Under the pieces are notes generated by a model. The model was not told the origin of the DNA and did no database searches. It saw only the letters and a list, made by a program, of their open reading frames with translations. Of a stretch of 64,000 bases of DNA, positions 57,688 through 64,000 are shown one piece after another (the first letter of the stretch is position 1; each line of letters begins with the position of its first letter). This stretch comes from a virus. The stretch spans positions 19,541-83,540 of IMG/VR virus record IMGVR_UViG_3300032288_004617. One strand, given 5' to 3'. Both the position numbers and the translations under genes were made by a program.

Positions 57688-58996
57688 CATTAAAGAGTTT
57701 TTAGAGAGTAAAAGAGAAGAGTTGTTTAATATCTATGAAGATATGTCAAACATCGCTAAATCAGCTAGAAAGTTGTGTGAGCAATATGGGGTTGAGTACA
57801 CAGAATCTTTTAGGGCATGTGCATCTAAGATTATAAATAGTGACAGAACGTTTGAGAATATATCTGAAACTGAAACTAATCAATATAAAGATGATTCAAA
57901 TCCTGTATCAGTTTTATCTGCCTTAAGAACAGATGGATCTATAATGAATATTACAGAGTATTGTGAAACATATAATTTACCTTATGACCAGGTTAAGAGT
58001 TATAAATTAGTTACACACACTGGTAAAGGTGCTTATTATAATATTGCTAGTAATAATGTTTCTACTTCTTTTGATCTGGAAGAAGAGAAGACTTCAATTG
58101 AGCAATCTTTAAGAGATATCGTCTCAAGAATTGGCATTAATCCTTCTAAAAGCTTATATAAAGAGAACACTGTTTTAAATGATGAATTCTTTGATAGACT
58201 TGTATTTACAGATGTTCATATCAACTTAGATCCAAATGGTGATGGAAGCCCTCTGTATGGAGGTATTTATGATAAGGCCGAGATATTAAGAAGATTGGAT
58301 GAAATGGTATCTTATGTTAGACAAGAGCAAGTGTCAACAGTACTGTATATTGATGAGCTTGGAGACTTTATGGATGGATATAAACAAGCTACAACTAGAA
58401 ATTCAGGCCACTCACTTCCTCAATTAACAAATGATAAGGATGCCTTTGATTTAGGTGTTGAATTTAAAATTTCATTGATAAATAAATTATTACCATTCTA
58501 TAAAAAGATTGTATGTAATAATGTTACAAATGATAACCATTCAGGAGATTTCTCATACTTTGTAAACATGGCTGCAAAAGGTGTATTGGAAACACTATAT
58601 CCAGATCAAGTTGAATACAATGTAATAAATAAATTCTTTTATCACTACTCTATTGGATGTCATACATTTGTTGCATCACATGGTAAGGATACAAAAGATA
58701 TGAAGCATGGTATGAAACCAACATTAGATTCTTCAGCAAAAGAAAAGATTGATCAATACTGTAAACATCATGGGTTATATAATGGTAATTATATAGAATT
58801 TAGCAAAGGAGATTCACATCAAGCTATTTTTGATGAATCTACAAGTAGCGATTTTAGCTATTACTCGTATCCTGCATTCTCTCCTCCAAGTGCTTGGGTA
58901 CAAACAAACTTTGGACTATCTAGATCTGGATTTAGATTCTTCAATATAAGTAAAGTTAGAAATCAAAAAATTACTCATCCGTATTATTTTAATTAA
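57674..58996 (+). CDS. Calcineurin-like metallophosphoesterase with an N-terminal extension
   Basis: TDVH, LGDFMDG, NDNH, SHG, GDSH. Confidence 0.8.
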   Translation: MKNINIKEFLESKREELFNIYEDMSNIAKSARKLCEQYGVEYTESFRACASKIINSDRTFENISETETNQYKDDSNPVSVLSALRTDGSIMNITEYCETYNLPYDQVKSYKLVTHTGKGAYYNIASNNVSTSFDLEEEKTSIEQSLRDIVSRIGINPSKSLYKENTVLNDEFFDRLVFTDVHINLDPNGDGSPLYGGIYDKAEILRRLDEMVSYVRQEQVSTVLYIDELGDFMDGYKQATTRNSGHSLPQLTNDKDAFDLGVEFKISLINKLLPFYKKIVCNNVTNDNHSGDFSYFVNMAAKGVLETLYPDQVEYNVINKFFYHYSIGCHTFVASHGKDTKDMKHGMKPTLDSSAKEKIDQYCKHHGLYNGNYIEFSKGDSHQAIFDESTSSDFSYYSYPAFSPPSAWVQTNFGLSRSGFRFFNISKVRNQKITHPYYFN

Positions 58997-58997
58997 T

Positions 58998-59594
58998 ATG
59001 AAAAGACCTGATGAATTGTCATATACGGTAGAAGAATTAAACCAAGAAGTCTGGAAAGATATACCAGGCTTCGAAGGTTTTTATCAAGCTAGTAACTTAG
59101 GAAGATTTAGATCTTTGCCTAGAGTTATAGTCAGAAGCAATGGTATTACTGAAAATAAACCTGGTCGTATTCTTAAGAATAATTACTACTCTAATGGGTA
59201 CGTCCAATTAATACTTTATGTAGATAAGGTTAGGACTAACTTTATAGCTCATAGAGTAATTGCTGAAATGTTTGTAGCTAATCCTTATAATAAAGATACT
59301 GTAAATCATAAAAATGGAATTAAAAATGATTTAAGGGAGCATAACTTAGAATGGTGTACTAGGTCTGAGAATAATTACCATGCTTACAAAATAGGTTTAT
59401 CAAAAGCTAATCCTAAAAAAGGAGAAGATAGTAGTAGAACAAAACTTACAAACTTAGAAGCTTTAGAGATTAGACAAACTTATAAACCTGGAAAATTTAA
59501 TAAAACCATTTTTGAGAAGTATAGAGATAAGATATCAAAAAGTGGATTTAATAGTATAGCAAGAGGAGAATCTTGGAAACATCTTACAAATTAA
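58998..59594 (+). mobile_element. Free-standing NUMOD4-HNH homing endonuclease gene
   Basis: EVWKDIPGFEGFYQASNLGRFRS (NUMOD4); AHRVIA..F...VNHKNGIKND....NLEWCTRSEN (HNH). Confidence 0.92.
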
Positions 59595-59619
59595 AAGTAA
59601 AATTAATAATTTTTAACTA

Positions 59620-60429
59620 ATGAAGACATTGATTATTTCATTTGTCCTACTTATCAACTGTAGCTTGGCCCAATTTTGTGGGCCTTCTACTTTTGTAGGA
59701 CTTTTGTCACCTAATAATACAGATCAAATTACACCTGCTACAGGAAATGGTCTTAGACCTTATTGGAAATTTAAAGCTTTTGCAGGATGTACTTATACAT
59801 TTCAAACTTGTGGACTAACTTCTACAGATACAGAGTTAGAATTAATGTCCACTAGTGCTTTAGATTTTAATGATGACTACTGTTCTCTACAATCTTATAT
59901 CAGTTGGAAATGTCTTGTAGATGGGACTTACATAATCTTTCTGACAAGATATAGAAGTGGTACATGTAAAGTATTAAATCAAGATGTCTCTTTAAAGTAT
60001 AAAACAGATTGTGTCATTCTTCCAATAGAGTTAGCTTCATTCACTGTTAGAAATGAAAATGGTTCAAACTTACTGAAATGGACCACCTACTCTGAGGATC
60101 GATCAGATTATTTTTCTGTCGAAAGATATGATGGTTTTTGGGAATCTATTGTAAATGTAGATGCAGCAGGATATTCTCACCACACATTGAATTACAGCTA
60201 CTTAGATAATACTTTTAGCAATGGATGTGTAAATTACTACAGACTTAGAATGGTTGATATTAATGGAGAAGATAAAATATCCGATATTGAGTCAATAGAT
60301 AATACAGAAATATCAGAACATCTAGTAAAAGTTGTAAACTTGGAAGGAAAAGAAGTGAATATGAATGAAAAAGGGGTACTTATACTTATATATTCAACCG
60401 GAACAACAAAAATAATTTATAATTTATAA
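59620..60429 (+). CDS. Secreted protein with T9SS-cargo architecture
   Basis: Signal peptide ending SLA-Q; Cys-rich domain (YTFQTC, FNDDYC); LPIELASF..LKWTT.SE...YYRLRMVDING Ig domain; CTD-like tail. Confidence 0.75.
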   Translation: MKTLIISFVLLINCSLAQFCGPSTFVGLLSPNNTDQITPATGNGLRPYWKFKAFAGCTYTFQTCGLTSTDTELELMSTSALDFNDDYCSLQSYISWKCLVDGTYIIFLTRYRSGTCKVLNQDVSLKYKTDCVILPIELASFTVRNENGSNLLKWTTYSEDRSDYFSVERYDGFWESIVNVDAAGYSHHTLNYSYLDNTFSNGCVNYYRLRMVDINGEDKISDIESIDNTEISEHLVKVVNLEGKEVNMNEKGVLILIYSTGTTKIIYNL

Positions 60430-60472
60430 TTTAATTGAAATATAATTATTACTTTTACAAAAAAATAAAAAC

Positions 60473-60742
60473 ATGGAGACATTATTAGGAAATAAAGTGT
60501 TGGTAAAAGGAGATGATCCAACAATTACAGAGTCAGGTATTTTATTAGAGATGCCAAACCCTTCTCAAAAACAAAGACCTGAAACAGGAGAGATTGTTTT
60601 AGTTGGAACAAAGCTAGAATATGACTTAAAAGTTGGAGATAAAATCCACTTCAATAAAATGGCAGCAAAAGAGTTTCACCACAATGGTAAGGACTATCTG
60701 ATTATAGCTGGAGGAGATATTAATGGATTTTTTGAAAAGTAA
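60473..60742 (+). CDS. groES: Co-chaperonin GroES
   Basis: LGNKVLV, TESGILL, GEIVLVG, LKVGDKI, GKDYLII. Confidence 0.9.
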   Translation: METLLGNKVLVKGDDPTITESGILLEMPNPSQKQRPETGEIVLVGTKLEYDLKVGDKIHFNKMAAKEFHHNGKDYLIIAGGDINGFFEK

Positions 60743-60747
60743 TTAGT

Positions 60748-61038
60748 ATGTCAAAGAAATTATTATGTGTAGATGCAACTCCTGGTAAGGGGACATCTAA
60801 CTTTGAAAATTGGATTGTTGAAGGAGAGGTTTACACTTTAAGAGCTACAACAGGCTCTTTAGTCAATGAACAAGGTGTTTTACTCAAGGAGATTAAAAAT
60901 CCACCTGTATTTATCAAAGAACTAGCAGGAAGAGTGGAACCATCTTTTGCACGCAAACGTTTTGTAGAGGTTGATGATGCTATGAACTTAATGGAAGAGT
61001 CAAGTGCTGTAAAAGAAGAAAACTTAATTTTGAATTAA
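60748..61038 (+). CDS. Hypothetical protein
   Basis: Tightly packed ORF. Confidence 0.6.
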   Translation: MSKKLLCVDATPGKGTSNFENWIVEGEVYTLRATTGSLVNEQGVLLKEIKNPPVFIKELAGRVEPSFARKRFVEVDDAMNLMEESSAVKEENLILN

Positions 61039-61039
61039 T

Positions 61040-61990
61040 ATGGCTTGGATAGATAGTTTATATGAAACGGCAATATGGGATGTCCTACGAAATGGGTATA
61101 GATATCCAGATCCTAATAGAGAAGGTGTAAATAGATTTGAAATACCAAGCTATACATTTAGATATGAATTGGAAGACAAAGAATTACCTATAATAACTCT
61201 TAGGAAAATCTTTTACAAAGGAGCAATCAATGAGCTAATATGCTTTTTGAATGGATTTACAGATGTAAAGGAATATTGGAAAAGAGGTGTTAATTTTTGG
61301 GACAAGGATGTTGCCAATTTCAATAACACATCTGTTGAAGAACTAAGAGCAAATCCAGAAGCAAAAACTGACATGGGAGCAATTTACCCTTTTCAATGGA
61401 GGAATCCTGAGAGTGATCAAATTGCAAAGCTTATCTATACAATGGTGAATAATCCAATGTCTACAAGCTTAATTGTAAACTCTTGGGACCATAAGCAATT
61501 AAAAAACATGTGCTTACCTCCATGCCACTATTCTTTCCAGATCATCTGTTTTCCTAGTGAAAAACATGGATATGAATTTGAATTACATTGGTCCCAAAGA
61601 TCAACAGACCTATACTTAGGATTTCCAACAAACATAATCTTCTACACAGTTCTTTGTAAATTATTAGAACTTTTTACAGGATATAAAGCAAAAGCTGTAG
61701 TGGGAGATTTAAAAAATGTCCACTTGTATGATAACCAATATAGTGCTGCAACAGAAATCTCTTTGAGAAATCCATTTGTGCATAAATCTGCGACATTGGA
61801 AATACAAGAGGAATTAAAAAATATGCTTGAAAATTCTAATGCAATTATTAAGTCTATGGATTATAATAGCTTCATCACTTTCTTAAATGTTGTATTAGGT
61901 CTTTTAACTGATGAGATGTTCCAGGTGAATAATTATGAGAGTCATCCAGCATTAAAAGTAGAAATGTTAGCACACACAATTGATAAATAA
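61040..61990 (+). CDS. thyA: Thymidylate synthase
   Basis: YPFQWR, MCLPPCH, QRSTD..LGFPTN, HLYDN. Confidence 0.9.
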   Translation: MAWIDSLYETAIWDVLRNGYRYPDPNREGVNRFEIPSYTFRYELEDKELPIITLRKIFYKGAINELICFLNGFTDVKEYWKRGVNFWDKDVANFNNTSVEELRANPEAKTDMGAIYPFQWRNPESDQIAKLIYTMVNNPMSTSLIVNSWDHKQLKNMCLPPCHYSFQIICFPSEKHGYEFELHWSQRSTDLYLGFPTNIIFYTVLCKLLELFTGYKAKAVVGDLKNVHLYDNQYSAATEISLRNPFVHKSATLEIQEELKNMLENSNAIIKSMDYNSFITFLNVVLGLLTDEMFQVNNYESHPALKVEMLAHTIDK

Positions 61991-61994
61991 TAAA

Positions 61995-62273
61995 ATGTAT
62001 AAAGCAAAAAACGACAGTTGGGATGAATTACATTCCATTATAGATAAAATTGAAAGTTTAGATCCAAACGACTTTGAGGAAAGGCTTTCTGAAATTGAGA
62101 ACAAAAAAAGATTCTCTGTAATTATTGACAGAAATTCTTGCTTCATAGTATTAGAAGCTGATGATAATACAGTTGAAATTGCATCTGCAATTAAAGACAC
62201 AAAAAAGGAAGCTGTAGTGTTGGCCCTTAATGATTTTTTTAACTTCTATAAATTCTTAACTTATGAAGACTAG
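61995..62273 (+). CDS. Hypothetical protein
   Basis: ORF track (ATG start chosen). Confidence 0.55.
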   Translation: MYKAKNDSWDELHSIIDKIESLDPNDFEERLSEIENKKRFSVIIDRNSCFIVLEADDNTVEIASAIKDTKKEAVVLALNDFFNFYKFLTYED

Positions 62274-62383
62274 TAAAATATTTGTAAATCTACTTCTTTT
62301 ATTTTGGACGTGGAATCACTTCCCAATACTTGTTGGGACATTTAGAGAGGATAGATATAATTACATACATATAATTAAATAAT

Positions 62384-62641
62384 ATGATGTCAGAATACGA
62401 AGAGGAAATACAAAAGAAGATTGGACTAGCTGTAATGCAAATGCATTCCCTAAATAAGACTGCAGGGAATGAAGTTGAACTTACTAATAGAGCCACATTT
62501 ATTGAGACTCTATTACTTGAGTGGGACAATCATATTGATAATCAAATTAATACATTATGGAAAAGCTTTACAGAAAATTACGCAACGGAAGATATCAAGA
62601 AGTCGATAGAAACCTATCACTTAATCAGGAAATCCTCTTAA
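62384..62641 (+). CDS. Hypothetical protein
   Basis: ORF; overlaps the next ORF by 85 nt. Confidence 0.45.
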   Translation: MMSEYEEEIQKKIGLAVMQMHSLNKTAGNEVELTNRATFIETLLLEWDNHIDNQINTLWKSFTENYATEDIKKSIETYHLIRKSS

Positions 62642-63006
62642 GCTGTGCATTCCGATATTGTCTAGGAAGAAAAACTTACGTAACAAGTAGTTGTGTTGAG
62701 GAACTATTAAGACTTTCTGATGTACTCCCTGACACCTTTAAATACAGGACTGTGAAGGAAATCAAAGAAGCAGAAGTAGAAGATAATCTTGGTATGGCTA
62801 TGGATGCAGAAGGTTGGCTTAAGTTAGCAGACTTTTGGACACCTGAAAAAAGATTTTCCCTAGAAGCTAATAAATATAAAACAGATGAATGGATTTATGT
62901 AGATGAAGCTTACGAATCAAACGGAATCTACTACTCCATAGAAGGACACCAGGAGTATCACACCGTCCGGAACATCAAATCAAAAAATAAATCTTATAAT
63001 TTTTAA
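62557..63006 (+). CDS. Hypothetical phage protein
   Basis: CAFRYCLGRKTY motif common in phage small proteins. Confidence 0.6.
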   Translation: MEKLYRKLRNGRYQEVDRNLSLNQEILLSCAFRYCLGRKTYVTSSCVEELLRLSDVLPDTFKYRTVKEIKEAEVEDNLGMAMDAEGWLKLADFWTPEKRFSLEANKYKTDEWIYVDEAYESNGIYYSIEGHQEYHTVRNIKSKNKSYNF

Positions 63007-63014
63007 AAATAATT

Positions 63015-63040
63015 TCCCCTTCATAGGGGATTTTTTATTT
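63015..63040 (+). terminator. Rho-independent terminator
   Basis: TCCCCT-TCAT-AGGGGA followed by TTTTTT. Confidence 0.85.
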
Positions 63041-63048
63041 TAATTGTA

Positions 63049-63056
63049 TATATTTG
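63049..63056 (+). promoter_or_regulatory. -7 promoter box
   Basis: TATATTTG between the terminator and the ATG. Confidence 0.55.
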
Positions 63057-63071
63057 TAGAAAATAAAAATC

Positions 63072-63779
63072 ATGGAAAACAAATTAGTATTACCAAAGAA
63101 GTATAAAGCAAGAGAAGAGAGGTTTGAAAAGTACAACGGAATGGAGAAACTTTCATACTCTCAAATAGGATCATTCACAGATCCATTATATAGAAATGAC
63201 TATATTCGTCAATACATGTTCGGAATACCTTCTGAGGGGACAATATGGACAGATTTCGGATCAGCTGTTGGAGAATACATAGAGACAAACGGAGCTACTT
63301 GTAGCCCTCTATTAAATGAAGAATCTATTGCTTCACTAAAAGCTATTCCTCGTCCTAAAAAAGCTGCATACGAATATCCTATTGCTGTTGTCGTAGACAC
63401 ACCTGAAGGAGACTTAGTTATTGAAGGCTATATTGATGAGTTAGAATACGTATCAGACACAGAAGTTATTGTCCGAGATTTTAAAACAGGAAACATAGAC
63501 AAGAAAGTGGAACAATATGCAAGTGATGACTACCAACAAACAACCCTGTATTCATATCACATGGAAACTGAAGGATATAAAGTTGTTGACTCTTGCGTTC
63601 TTCTCCTTTCTAGAAAAGGAAACGGATTCCCAAAATATCCTGTAAGACTTGAGAACAAATCTGTTCACATCCCAACACCTTATTCAAAAGAACGTGCAGA
63701 GAAATACTTCAACAAAGTTAGAAAAACTGCAAAGGAAATCTCAGACATGTATAAAGTGTTTTTAAAACTAAACTCATGA
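63072..63779 (+). CDS. PD-(D/E)XK (RecB/Cas4-like) exonuclease
   Basis: LSYSQI, GYIDEL, DFKTG, QQTTLY. Confidence 0.85.
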   Translation: MENKLVLPKKYKAREERFEKYNGMEKLSYSQIGSFTDPLYRNDYIRQYMFGIPSEGTIWTDFGSAVGEYIETNGATCSPLLNEESIASLKAIPRPKKAAYEYPIAVVVDTPEGDLVIEGYIDELEYVSDTEVIVRDFKTGNIDKKVEQYASDDYQQTTLYSYHMETEGYKVVDSCVLLLSRKGNGFPKYPVRLENKSVHIPTPYSKERAEKYFNKVRKTAKEISDMYKVFLKLNS

Positions 63780-64000
63780 AACTAGAAGCCGGACAGAAAT
63801 TCAAAGACGAACATGGTGAAATCCTCACCATTGTTTCTGTCGTTGAAAAAGACATAGACAAATATGGAACCGTATATGCATCCTCCTCAAAAGAAACATC
63901 TTCAGCATACACAAAACTAAATAACGAAGATTCAGAACATCACGGAACAATTCCATTCTTCCTAGAAACATTCTTAGAAAACACTACATATGTACAAGAT
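63776..64000 (+). CDS. Hypothetical protein, truncated by the window end
   Basis: ATGA overlap with the nuclease stop; MKLEAGQKFKDEHGEILTIVSV... stays open to the end. Confidence 0.6.
   Translation, partial: MKLEAGQKFKDEHGEILTIVSVVEKDIDKYGTVYASSSKETSSAYTKLNNEDSEHHGTIPFFLETFLENTTYVQD

Noticed and set aside
62557-62641. Programmed -1 frameshift in the 85-nt ORF overlap
   Set aside because: No in-frame X-XXY-YYZ slippery heptamer found, and the downstream ORF has its own plausible ATG.
1-64000. Stop-codon reassignment (TAG/TGA), known in some Crassvirales
   Set aside because: Long genes are intact under code 11, coding density is high, and TAG and TGA both end well-packed genes.
1-64000. tRNA, rRNA, structured ncRNA or integrase
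   Set aside because: Intergenic gaps are short and explained by promoters and terminators; no cloverleaf or recombinase motifs were seen by eye (tRNAscan/Infernal not run).

Overview
This is an AT-rich, gene-dense fragment of a lytic crAss-like phage (Crassvirales) in the standard genetic code. Promoters of the TTTG-N19/20-TAnnTTTG type and a T9SS-style cargo gene point to a Bacteroidota host, possibly flavobacterial. Positions 1-51054 (minus strand) hold the virion module in crAss-like order: wHTH/HU genes, TerL, portal, acidic scaffold-like protein, MCP, ring proteins, auxiliary capsid protein, five beta-helix fibre/spike genes, a lysis cassette, Cys-rich fibre genes, ring proteins/IHF, a 2318-aa muzzle protein and putative internal cargo proteins. 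Positions 51175-64000 (plus strand) hold replication, recombination and metabolic genes: a minimal family-A polymerase-like protein, RecA, HNH nucleases, PhoH, SSB, a metallophosphoesterase, GroES, ThyA and a PD-(D/E)XK nuclease. Main leads: (1) histone-like and cargo proteins sharing a recurring [FM]xxGG motif; (2) a wHTH-fused, exonuclease-less PolA/T7-RNAP-like enzyme at the strand switch; (3) a patatin phospholipase embedded in the lysis cassette; (4) a phage-encoded T9SS substrate; (5) a duplicated terminator-promoter unit bracketing paralogous spike genes; (6) an ~80-aa module shared by a capsid protein and the tail muzzle. All product calls come from motif recognition and synteny; no database searches were run.
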